Shown one piece after another: positions 19,999 to 29,095 of a DNA stretch of 64,000 nucleotides. Position 1 is the stretch's first letter. Each line of letters opens with the position of its first letter. The notes below the pieces were generated by a model. The model ran no database searches and had not been told where the DNA came from. It saw only the letters and a program-made list of their open reading frames with translations. Source of the stretch: Blastocatellia bacterium. Its GTDB lineage: Bacteria; Acidobacteriota; Blastocatellia; HR10; J050. The stretch is taken from the NCBI GenBank assembly GCA_026985075.1, contig JALSQX010000071.1, positions 10,601 through 74,600 on the forward strand, read 5' to 3'. The position numbers were made by a program, and so were the translations under genes.

Positions 19999-20562
19999 TC
20001 ATTTCACCATCTGTTCGATGGCTCGGACGAGCTTTTGAAAGGTCTTCTCGACATAACCGAGCTGAAGCACGGCTACCCGGTGATCGCGATCCAGCAAAAT
20101 CGTTCGAGGGATCACTCCTACCTTAGCATACGACTTGAATACTTTCTGTCGCTCATCCACGAGCTGGAGGTAGGTCAACCCTCGTCGTTTCGCGTATTGC
20201 CGAATGCGTTGCGGCGAGTCGCTCACCGAAATGCCGATGACCACCACGCCACGATCTTTGAACCGCTGCCAGACCTCTTTCTCTAGATGCGGAGCCTCCG
20301 CCATGCAGACTCCTCACCAGCTCCCCCAGAAAAAGAGCACCACGGGTTTCCCGGCAAATTGCGCTAACGTCCAGACCTTTCCATTCACGTCCTTCAGTTC
20401 GAACGGAGGAGCGACTTCGCCCACACTCACGGCCCAATTCCCCTCGGCGGGTGAGTCCAGCCTGGGAGATGGGGGAGCCGCGAACAGAGTCGCTGTCCAT
20501 ATGAGTAACAGCACATGAGATGCGAAAAGGCGACGAGACCGTCCTTTCCCTTGTTGCATCAT
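19999..20562 (-). CDS. TlpA/AhpC-like redoxin, selenoprotein (W-U-G-V-C), in-frame UGA at 20314-20316
   Basis: Two adjacent ORFs are in one frame joined by TGG-TGA-GGA-GTC-TGC; APPFELKD..GK..L..F.GKPVVL.FWGSW(U)GVC..E.P; RBS GGAGGT. Confidence 0.88.
20287..20304 (-). promoter_or_regulatory. Candidate bacterial SECIS hairpin
   Basis: GCGGA-GGC-TCCGC stem-loop within ATGGCGGAGGCTCCGCAT, which begins 10 nt after the UGA. Confidence 0.6.
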
Positions 20563-20676
20563 ACTCACCTCCAATGATGAATCGACTTGGAGAGGACTTA
20601 TATACCCGCCCTTCGCACACAGAGCCGGAGTGCGGGCGAGCAGTGAAGGAATGGTGTTCATCGACGTTGGGCGCCC

Positions 20677-22098
20677 TCACTGTTGACGTCTTCTGGGCGG
20701 TCGACTCAGATGCGATTGGACGATGAGCCACTGTCCATCGCGCTTCTCCAAGACGAGCGTCCCTGTCCCCTGACCGGTGACATGACGCTCTCCGACATCA
20801 GCTTCGAAATGATAGTTGAACGCCGCCCAAGCGGCATTGCCCCTGACTTTCACGTGAAGATTGCCCAGCCGATAGACGACATTTTTCAACAGGTCCAGTT
20901 CGGGTTTGAGATGCTTCTGGCTGAACTCCTCCCAGCCCACTTCCATACGCCCGGATTCGATCACCACGACGTCGTCATCATGGGCCCAAATGTTGGCCAG
21001 CGCATCGAAATCGCCTCGCTCGAAAGCCAGCGCATTCGTCAAGACGACCGTTCTCACCTGGGCCACATCGTCATCGAACGTTGGAGTTCCCCCGGCGGTC
21101 GAGTGGATCACTGGGCTGAGATCCATGAGATAAATGGCTGGCGCCCCCTCCCGAGTCGATGTGAAAGCCAAGGTCTTCCCATCCGGCGAGATGACCGGGT
21201 AAGAATCGAACGCCGGATTGTAGGTCAGTCGCACGGTCTCCCTGGTCTCGATGTTGAGCATATAGACCTCGAAATCACCAGTTTCATTATGCGCGAACAC
21301 AACGTGCTTGCCATCTGGGTGGGGATAGGGCGACCAGTTAAAATAGGGCGTATTGGTGAGCTGCACCAGTTCCGTCCCATCATCTCGAATCAAATAGAGT
21401 TGAGAAATGCGCTTCTTCTGTCCTTCGTTGCCCTTCTTCCAGGCGCGGAAGATGATGTGTTTTCCATCGGGCATGTAGAATGCGCCGCCCTCTTGAAGAT
21501 CCGGCGTGTGGGTAATTCTGACCTTCTTCTTCCCATCCAGCGTCATCCGGTAGAGCTCGAGATTTCCGTCGACATTCGATGTGTAGAGGATCCACCGCCC
21601 ATCGGGAGAGAACGAGGTTTCCGCCTCATAGGCCGTGTTGAACGTGAGTCGGCGAATGCCCGAGCCATCGGGATGAGCGATATACACCTCCGATCCCGCC
21701 GGATAATTGGCACTGTTGGCATAATCGCCAGGGGGCATTTTATCGGCATCGCGCGTGGAGGAGAAAACAATGTATTGACCGTTGGGCGCGAAAAAGGTGC
21801 AGGCATCTTTCCCCTTATCCGTGATGCGGCGGACATTGGTTCCATCAATGTTCAAGATATATACGTTGTGGTTTTTTTCTCCCTCCATACGAGCGGTCAC
21901 AATGAGCTGCTGACCATCCGGAGAAAAATACGCTTCAGCAGCGGAAGCGAAATGGCCCACTTTTCGGACCGGCAACTCACGCGGGTCCTTCGATGCTGAT
22001 TTCCCCGATTGGTTTTCATGTTGCATCGCTCCACCCAGGGAAGCGACGATCAGAAGCGACAATCCAGTACAGAGATACTTGTTCATCATCATCATCAC
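20677..22098 (-). CDS. TolB-like PD40 beta-propeller fused to a SnoaL/NTF2 domain
   Basis: Repeated FSPDG / RRLT / LY.M motifs; C-terminal GTGTLVLEKRDGQWLIVQSHLS. Confidence 0.85.
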   Translation of the reverse strand: MMMMMNKYLCTGLSLLIVASLGGAMQHENQSGKSASKDPRELPVRKVGHFASAAEAYFSPDGQQLIVTARMEGEKNHNVYILNIDGTNVRRITDKGKDACTFFAPNGQYIVFSSTRDADKMPPGDYANSANYPAGSEVYIAHPDGSGIRRLTFNTAYEAETSFSPDGRWILYTSNVDGNLELYRMTLDGKKKVRITHTPDLQEGGAFYMPDGKHIIFRAWKKGNEGQKKRISQLYLIRDDGTELVQLTNTPYFNWSPYPHPDGKHVVFAHNETGDFEVYMLNIETRETVRLTYNPAFDSYPVISPDGKTLAFTSTREGAPAIYLMDLSPVIHSTAGGTPTFDDDVAQVRTVVLTNALAFERGDFDALANIWAHDDDVVVIESGRMEVGWEEFSQKHLKPELDLLKNVVYRLGNLHVKVRGNAAWAAFNYHFEADVGERHVTGQGTGTLVLEKRDGQWLIVQSHLSRPPRRRQQ

Positions 22099-22214
22099 AC
22101 CCCTCCCAATAATGACGGTGACCTCCTGTCTCTGGTTGAGCGACCCGAGTGCTGGTCTGCCTGAGGCGACTCACGCGCACCAGGTTCCCATGACGCCAGA
22201 GCAGAACCAGGAGC

Positions 22215-23621
22215 CTACTTCATCACTCGATGATTCGAAAACTCGATCACCAGCTTTCTCGTCTTCCCCCGGCTGGTCTCCGTTTTCATGCGTCTTTTCG
22301 GCAACCAAACACCATCCACTTGAACATACTCATCGGCGAAGTCGATCCGCCCGATTTCATTTCCCGTCTCGTTCGAATAGTACGTGATGCGGAAAACCGT
22401 GGCGATGAGTCGCCCGTCGCCGGCATCCATGAAATGCGTATTGCTGACCACGAACCGAACCCGCCCATACGAATGAGCGATCTGCAGGATCTTACCATCC
22501 TTGATGCGATAGGCCGTCCCCATGGTGTTAGGAGCCGAAACGGTGATCCGGATGCCCTGGGATGATGTCCGGTCTTCAACCGAGAACATGGCCTCGCCGA
22601 ATTCACTGTCGAAGGGCTTGCTCTTCAGGTGAGTGATGAACTGGCTCATCTCGCTCTCGATTTGTATGGCCGCCTCCTTATTGGCACCACGCACCTTGAT
22701 CTTCAGGCCGGGCGAGACCACGATGCTCCCTTGGACGAGATCGTCAGGATCCGTCGCCGGAGATTCCTGCTTCATGGTGAAGTGGGCCTCAAAGCCGGGG
22801 AATTTCGCCGGCCAGAAATACAACCGTTCATAGGCCTGACGAAACAGCTTTCGGGCCTCCGGATCATCAAATGTGGTCATCCCACTGGCGAGTTCCGCCT
22901 TCCATTCGCTCAACTGGGCCACGCTGGTGAATGTCTTCCCGCCAACTTGGGTCAACTTCAAGCGCGCATCAACGGTGACCTCGGGCGTCGCCTGCCCCTT
23001 CTCCCACGCCGTATATTGATAGGCGACCAGGCCCACGTGCTGAGCATAGTAATAGATGGCTTTCGAACGAGCGTTGGCACTGTCCATCTCCAAGCGGATT
23101 TTTAAGCAATGATCGAATCGCCCCATCGGCGTATCGACAGCCTCGAACCCATCCACAATGGTCGACCACGTCCGAACGCCCGCCTCGTCGCCGGACTGCT
23201 GAGTCGTCTTATAGGCTCGACCAACAACCATATTGGGCGCATACAAGACTACCGGAGGATCGAACATGAATCGATTCCCCCGATGTGGCTCCACCGTCCC
23301 ATGAAGGCGCAATTCACCATTCTCGATGGATAACAAGGAGTAATCGCCCAGGTCGCTGACGAACTTGTAGGCGTAGCCCGTGGGAATGAACTCGGGTCCT
23401 TCGAAGCTCTTGGTCCGGGTGATGATGTGTTTCTCTCCCCCCCTGATCCGGATTTCCCACTTGTACGTCCAGACGCGCCCGTTATCCAACGGAACATAGG
23501 TGGAGATGTCCAGTGGCGTGACGCCCTGCGCGTGACCTGCTGTCATAATCCCGCTGATGAGACCGGCCACGACCAGGGCTACACCACGATGCCATATCCA
23601 GTATGGCTCTCTCCTTCTCAT
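22215..23621 (-). CDS. Secreted protein with C-terminal DUF3386-like domain
   Basis: Signal peptide; N-terminal TPMGRFDHCLKI...YYAQHVGLV domain; C-terminal ARKLFRQAYERLYFW..FPGF...DEYVQVDGVWLP. Confidence 0.7.
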   Translation of the reverse strand: MRRREPYWIWHRGVALVVAGLISGIMTAGHAQGVTPLDISTYVPLDNGRVWTYKWEIRIRGGEKHIITRTKSFEGPEFIPTGYAYKFVSDLGDYSLLSIENGELRLHGTVEPHRGNRFMFDPPVVLYAPNMVVGRAYKTTQQSGDEAGVRTWSTIVDGFEAVDTPMGRFDHCLKIRLEMDSANARSKAIYYYAQHVGLVAYQYTAWEKGQATPEVTVDARLKLTQVGGKTFTSVAQLSEWKAELASGMTTFDDPEARKLFRQAYERLYFWPAKFPGFEAHFTMKQESPATDPDDLVQGSIVVSPGLKIKVRGANKEAAIQIESEMSQFITHLKSKPFDSEFGEAMFSVEDRTSSQGIRITVSAPNTMGTAYRIKDGKILQIAHSYGRVRFVVSNTHFMDAGDGRLIATVFRITYYSNETGNEIGRIDFADEYVQVDGVWLPKRRMKTETSRGKTRKLVIEFSNHRVMK

Positions 23622-23690
23622 GGCTCCCTCCACAATGGAATGTAGGCAAAAAAACGCGCCGGCGCAACCACATCCGGAGAGGCACACGAA

Positions 23691-26417
23691 CTAAAAGAAT
23701 CGGACGTTAATCCCCAGCGTGAAGCTGCGCCCCCGTGCTGGCGCGAATTGAAATTGCTCTCGGTAAAACTTATTACCCAGATTTTCTAAGCCCACTGTGA
23801 GGCCCACAGTATAGTGTTCAGTGTGGAAGTTATAACCGCCGCGGAGCGTGTGAACGCTGAATCCATACAGGCCGAACAGATCCTGCGGAATGAGGAACGG
23901 AGAGTCGGCGAGCAGAGGCGAAACACGGTTGACGTGGGTTTGACTCCGGACATTATAGTCCCACCATAAGCGATTGGCATGATCGTTCCAACGGAGACCC
24001 ACGACGGACTTGAAGGGCGTGATATTATCCGCCGGTTGATGGGAGACGTCGACGACGCCAATGCCTTCGCGCGTTCTCAGCACCGCTTCACCGTTCAAGA
24101 TCTCGCCGCGCAGATAGGAGAGATTGCCATACCATGTGAACGTCGTTCCTCGCAAGGGGAGCGGATACTCCCAACTGGCTTCTACTCCCTGAATGCGAAG
24201 CCGTCGGAAGAAGTTCCCCGCCTGGGAGATGGGTTGGGCGTCTCCGAACTCTGGATCGTTATTGGACACGGTGGTGATCTCCGTGGAAATGAAGTTCATG
24301 AAGGTATTGTTGAAATAGCTCAGTTCGCCAGCGAAACGAGAGGTTCTCACCTTGACGCCAACATCCACGTTGACGCCCGTCTCCGGTTTGACCTTGGTGT
24401 TGGGAACAATGGCTCCAATGGTCGCCGGCCCAAAGAAGAACAATTCTTCCAGATTGGGATGACGGAAACTCCGGCCAATACGGGCCGTGATGCTCATCAC
24501 CGGAGTGGGACGAAAGACGAAGCCCAGACTTCCCGTCGTGGCCGTCCGTTTCAAAGTGATCCCAGACGGCGCGGGGAATGCCGAAGGATCTAACGGAGGA
24601 TCGCTCACCGGAATGCGAGGCTCATAGCCGGGAGTGGGAACCGTCTCGACGCTGATGCGATCCACACGAATGCTGCCCAGGATACGCATCCAACGGAAGA
24701 TGTCAAACTCGTCTTCGGCGAAGAAGGCCACATTCTGGAAATTGGAGATGGGAACCCGCTGAGGGTGACCAACCACCCCCGTGACCACGGGGGCATTGAG
24801 CGGGAAGAACGCTCCCGTCTCTCGATTGGCCGCGCCAATAATGGTCACATCGACCAGGGTGAACCGCGAGTCGCGACTATGATCCCGGAAGTAATCGACG
24901 CCGAGCGTTAACATGTTTTTCAGCCCCAACAGAAGCCCCACATTGGCGTCAAACCCGAACGATTTCACATCCTGACGCGTTCGACTGAGAATGTCTACCC
25001 GCGTCAGCGTGTCAAAATTCGGAATATCGGACTCGCTCACCCCCCGTACCGAGATATCGTTTTGCAACATCCGGTCCTGATCTTGCCAATATCCACCGGC
25101 AGAGACACGGGCGAGCCACGACGCGAGTCCCGTTCCCTCATACCGGAGACTCACCTTATCCAGGTCGCTGAACGGTAGATTGATGATCTGGAAGAAGAAG
25201 GGCTGTTTGAAGTCGGGAAAGCCGGTCAGCGCCGTCCGTCGTTGGGTCAACTTCAGGCGCAAGGACTGCCCTTCCACCGGGAAGAACCGAGCCGTGAGAC
25301 TGAGATTGCTCCCATGCGATTGCGAGTTGGCGATTTCAGACGAGGTCCGCGTGAATGGCTCGTTGAACGGATCGGGAACCACGCCGAAGAACACCTGCTG
25401 GATGACGTGACCAGGAGGCGGCTTCAAAACATCCGGATTCGTCCTCGGCGTATTGCTGAACACCGTCACCGGGATGACGACTGGCTCGCTCGTCTCGTTG
25501 AACGGTTTGCCCGCATGATAATTGGGATAGCGCTCCAGCATGACCGATCCGCGAACGGCGAACTTGCGTCCCGCTACATCCAATTTGGCCGTGCCCCGTC
25601 GTCCCGTCTCATTGGAACTGAAGAACCCGTTCACACTCCCCCCGATGTGGAGCCCATCATCCACCGCCTCGGGCATATCGGTGATGATGTTGATCGTGCC
25701 CGAGAGAGCGTCGGTCCCATAGAGAGCAGATCCGGCACCATGAACGACTTCCACAGCCTTGATCTGGCTGGGATCGACTAACCCAATCTCCGGTCCAGCC
25801 CGGTCGGTCGCCACGCGCGATGTGTTGAGCCGCTCTCCATCCACCATGAGAATGAGTCGCGTGGAATCTAATCCCCGCAATCGAGGCCGAACCAGATAGG
25901 GGCCGCTATTGACGGGCGTCAGGCTGGGCAATCGGAGGAGAGCGTCTCCCGTGGTAGTGGGATTCTCTCGCTGGAGGAGTTCCTCGGTCATCACCGCCGT
26001 TCGCGCCGGCACTTCCAGCACATCGCGTTCGCCACGACTGGCCGTCACCGTCAGGACTTCAGCAATGCCTCCCAGACTCAACTCGAAGTTCACCTGTAAG
26101 ACCTCGCCGGGTTCAGCGATGGTGACGCTCCGGAAAGCGTCCGAAAATCCCGGGCTCTGTACCTTAATGCGGTATATCCCAATCGATAAGCTGGGAAACT
26201 CATACTCCCCTTCTCCATTGGTGACTGTTGCCCGCTCGGCTTCGGTGGCTACATTACGGATGGTGACCGTGGCTCCCGCCAACGCCGCACCCGTCTGATC
26301 AGTGACCCGACCCACCACTCGTCCAGTCAGCTGAGCCCAGACCGGCTGACTGAGCACGCTCAATGAACAGAAGAGCCCAGCCACCATCACTTTCATGCGC
26401 GTTGAGTTCCGATCCAT
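23691..26417 (-). CDS. TonB-dependent receptor (paralog of 15875-18520)
   Basis: Shares VNSGPYLVRPRLRGLDSTRL and ENLGNKFYREQFQFAPARGRSF exactly with the paralog. Confidence 0.95.
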   Translation of the reverse strand: MDRNSTRMKVMVAGLFCSLSVLSQPVWAQLTGRVVGRVTDQTGAALAGATVTIRNVATEAERATVTNGEGEYEFPSLSIGIYRIKVQSPGFSDAFRSVTIAEPGEVLQVNFELSLGGIAEVLTVTASRGERDVLEVPARTAVMTEELLQRENPTTTGDALLRLPSLTPVNSGPYLVRPRLRGLDSTRLILMVDGERLNTSRVATDRAGPEIGLVDPSQIKAVEVVHGAGSALYGTDALSGTINIITDMPEAVDDGLHIGGSVNGFFSSNETGRRGTAKLDVAGRKFAVRGSVMLERYPNYHAGKPFNETSEPVVIPVTVFSNTPRTNPDVLKPPPGHVIQQVFFGVVPDPFNEPFTRTSSEIANSQSHGSNLSLTARFFPVEGQSLRLKLTQRRTALTGFPDFKQPFFFQIINLPFSDLDKVSLRYEGTGLASWLARVSAGGYWQDQDRMLQNDISVRGVSESDIPNFDTLTRVDILSRTRQDVKSFGFDANVGLLLGLKNMLTLGVDYFRDHSRDSRFTLVDVTIIGAANRETGAFFPLNAPVVTGVVGHPQRVPISNFQNVAFFAEDEFDIFRWMRILGSIRVDRISVETVPTPGYEPRIPVSDPPLDPSAFPAPSGITLKRTATTGSLGFVFRPTPVMSITARIGRSFRHPNLEELFFFGPATIGAIVPNTKVKPETGVNVDVGVKVRTSRFAGELSYFNNTFMNFISTEITTVSNNDPEFGDAQPISQAGNFFRRLRIQGVEASWEYPLPLRGTTFTWYGNLSYLRGEILNGEAVLRTREGIGVVDVSHQPADNITPFKSVVGLRWNDHANRLWWDYNVRSQTHVNRVSPLLADSPFLIPQDLFGLYGFSVHTLRGGYNFHTEHYTVGLTVGLENLGNKFYREQFQFAPARGRSFTLGINVRFF

Positions 26418-26543
26418 GGTTGAAACTCCTCCCTTCGCAGTCAGTTGATCGAGGCAAGCTGCCGCCGTCCGAAGTTCTCATCAAAACTTCGCCTCGACTT
26501 CAGCCCGGTCCATCGTTACCTCGTCAGGACCTTCTTGATTTGG

Positions 26544-26580
26544 TTGTTATAACTTTATGACATTTAATTTTGAAAGTCAA
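26544..26580 (-). promoter_or_regulatory. sigma70 promoter with overlapping GTTATAAC palindrome (candidate GntR operator)
   Basis: TTGACT-17-TAAAGT on the minus strand; TTGTTATAAC at 26544-26553. Confidence 0.65.
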
Positions 26581-26695
26581 GAAAAAATTCTCCTCGGCGA
26601 TGGAGGGCAGGAGGCCAGTTAGTGCAACTTCTCTCAAATGAATGGCTTAAACAACGGAGACCCGGGAACCGATTGCTTCAGGAGAAGCCAGGGCA

Positions 26696-27490
26696 TCATC
26701 TCGGCGTTTTCTCCGATGGGTTCTCCACCGACGTGATATGGTATCGCCATCCGCGCGAGTGACCAATGAGGCTGTGGGTGAGTTGAATCTTGAACCGGTA
26801 GAGATCGCTTCTGTAGAATCCCCTCACGAACTGAACGGGCCGGCCATGCACATCACAGAAGGTCGTCTCAATGAGTAACAGGGGCGCTCCCACTTTGGTT
26901 GAAAGCAACGCGCCGATGGACGCGTCGGCCAGTGCTCCGGTGATGAGGGCACTGGCTTCTCCCAGAGAGATTCTTCCTCTCTCCTCCAACAGCCGCAGAA
27001 GTGGCAAGGAGAGATCCTCGCCGATCAACCGGTTGCCGATGTCCTCGGGCAGATAGCTCTCCGTGTAAGCATACGGAATCTCCTGGGCATATCTGATTTT
27101 CTTGAGGCGCCACACCCGATCACCCTGGCTGATGTGCAAAGGCTGCGCCTCTTTGGCCGTGGCCTGGATGAATCGGGCATCGAGGATCTCAGTCTTGGTC
27201 TCAACCGAGCTACTCAACCCGTCGATGAAGCCGGTCAGTCGGATAGTCTCGTCCGACGGGGGGATCTGCTTCACAAATGTCCCTCGTCCGGCCACGCGCT
27301 CCAGGAGGCCCTCTTTCACCAGAGCGGCCAGCGCCTGTCTGACCGTTGTGCGACTCACCCCATACTGCTCGATGAGCTCGTTCTCGGTTGGCAGCTTCTC
27401 ACCCCGAGATAACTCGCCCGAGCGGATTTTCTCCCTGAGGATATTCTCTAGCTGGTAGTAGAGTGGAATCTCTCGATGTTGAAACTCCAT
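26696..27490 (-). CDS. GntR (HutC/UTRA) regulator (paralog of 15051-15812)
   Basis: PLYYQLENILREKI, LPTE, YGVSRTTVRQAL. Confidence 0.95.
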   Translation of the reverse strand: MEFQHREIPLYYQLENILREKIRSGELSRGEKLPTENELIEQYGVSRTTVRQALAALVKEGLLERVAGRGTFVKQIPPSDETIRLTGFIDGLSSSVETKTEILDARFIQATAKEAQPLHISQGDRVWRLKKIRYAQEIPYAYTESYLPEDIGNRLIGEDLSLPLLRLLEERGRISLGEASALITGALADASIGALLSTKVGAPLLLIETTFCDVHGRPVQFVRGFYRSDLYRFKIQLTHSLIGHSRGWRYHITSVENPSEKTPR

Positions 27491-27525
27491 AACCGACCTC
27501 AGCTCGGTTTCATCAGGATGAGATG

Positions 27526-27554
27526 AGTATGTGACAATTTCCCTTCCCCGTCAA
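27526..27554 (-). promoter_or_regulatory. sigma70-like promoter of gntR
   Basis: TTGACG-17-CATACT. Confidence 0.5.
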
Positions 27555-27707
27555 TACTGACAGAGGCAGTCATCCTCATGATCCCAGGCCCCAGCCACCG
27601 TCGCCACAGGCCCGAGCCGGACGCTGAGGGAGACCATCAGCCGATGATCATACCGCCGGGCGTTCACAGGGGCCGATGGCTGATAGTCTCCGCCCGCCCG
27701 AGATGGG

Positions 27708-28244
27708 CTATGGAGCGACACATGGCGAGTCGGCTCGTTCCAGAACGAATGTCCCCAAGTTCACGTCATACCCGACATTGGGGTCGAAGTCGCTGGCCGA
27801 CGCATTGGTGTTATCCCCAATGATGATGGCTGTTCCTTCAATGCGATTGGGGGTCATGAAATCGCCACGAAGCACAATGGTCGACGGCGTCCGACTGCTG
27901 GGGACCTCAAAAGTGAGGCTCACCCCGGTAGCATCGGCACCTGATAACGGCGTGCCGCGCCACGTCATCCCACTGGCCCGACCGAGCGGGCCAAACTGGC
28001 AGGGCCCGATAACCAACCCGCCACCAAAATTGTCATTGGGCTGAATAGCCAGATCCAGAAATCCCGGCGAGGCCTCCGCCACCACTCCATAATTGAAGGT
28101 CGGCGCGCCAGGGCCAAAGTTTAATGTCAGGTACCATGTCCCCTTGAAGTCGAAACTCACCTGCGACTGAGATACGGGTGCGGTGAGCAGGGACATGACC
28201 AAGAGGCTCGCGACAGCGAGAATGCGGGTTTTTTTGCTCATCAT
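27708..28244 (-). CDS. Secreted hypothetical protein
   Basis: RBS AAGGAGG, signal peptide MMSKKTRILAVASLL..., beta-rich sequence. Confidence 0.7.
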   Translation of the reverse strand: MMSKKTRILAVASLLVMSLLTAPVSQSQVSFDFKGTWYLTLNFGPGAPTFNYGVVAEASPGFLDLAIQPNDNFGGGLVIGPCQFGPLGRASGMTWRGTPLSGADATGVSLTFEVPSSRTPSTIVLRGDFMTPNRIEGTAIIIGDNTNASASDFDPNVGYDVNLGTFVLERADSPCVAP

Positions 28245-28463
28245 CTCCTCCTTACTTGCGGTAGTTTGAACTCCATGGAGTCTCGGCAATGGTTGCCTTG
28301 CCAAGGGTTACCGGGCTCATGAGAAATGCACCACCTCAGATGAAGTGGTGCCCCCAGCATACTATATCTACAGGTGTGGCATCAAGGTCCCGACCGAACT
28401 CCGTTGCCGCGGTCATTCCGTGCTCGTCACTCACGGGGCAGGCTTCTACCGTGGGTGGCCTTG

Positions 28464-29027
28464 TCACTGAGCGAATTCTCGAACGAAGTTGACCATGGCC
28501 TTGATCTGCTCATCATTCAACTTCTCATCCCACGCCGGCATCGCCCCCCGGCCGTTCTTGATCGTCTCGGCCAACTGGGCGTTGGTCCTGCTCTGTTGCC
28601 AGCTTGCATCAGAGAAATCAGGGACGTTCAGGGCCGCTGCCGCCGGTCCCCCCTTGCCGTCCTCCCCATGACAGGCGGCACAGTTCTCCACGTAAAAGGC
28701 CTTGGCATCGAATTCAACGGCCGCGGCATCCGACTCGGCGTTCTCTCCACCGGCGAAGAACTGAGGATAAGCCTGCCGTAACTCGGATGTGAACCGGTAG
28801 CCCTGGTCAGCGAATGCTTCCCCAAATTCCGTCAGCGGGCCGAAGCCGTCCTGCCGGACGTGACATATCGTGCATCGCCCCTTCAACTCCGCTTTGGCAT
28901 ACGGACTGGCCTCGTACCACTCCATGAATCGAGGCATGGCCCGAAGAACCGGACAGTGAAAGAGCCCATCGATCAGGCAAAGTGAAACTGCACAGAACAC
29001 CAACTTAATACCCCTCATCTTACGCAT
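28464..29027 (-). CDS. c-type cytochrome with two CxxCH motifs
   Basis: CTICH and CAACH; GAMPAW distal Met; signal peptide. Confidence 0.88.
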   Translation of the reverse strand: MRKMRGIKLVFCAVSLCLIDGLFHCPVLRAMPRFMEWYEASPYAKAELKGRCTICHVRQDGFGPLTEFGEAFADQGYRFTSELRQAYPQFFAGGENAESDAAAVEFDAKAFYVENCAACHGEDGKGGPAAAALNVPDFSDASWQQSRTNAQLAETIKNGRGAMPAWDEKLNDEQIKAMVNFVREFAQ

Positions 29028-29095
29028 ATATTCCCTCCTAATTGGCCCTGGGCTGAGGCCGGCGGCCCGACCAACCTCGAGCCCAGGGTCCACCA

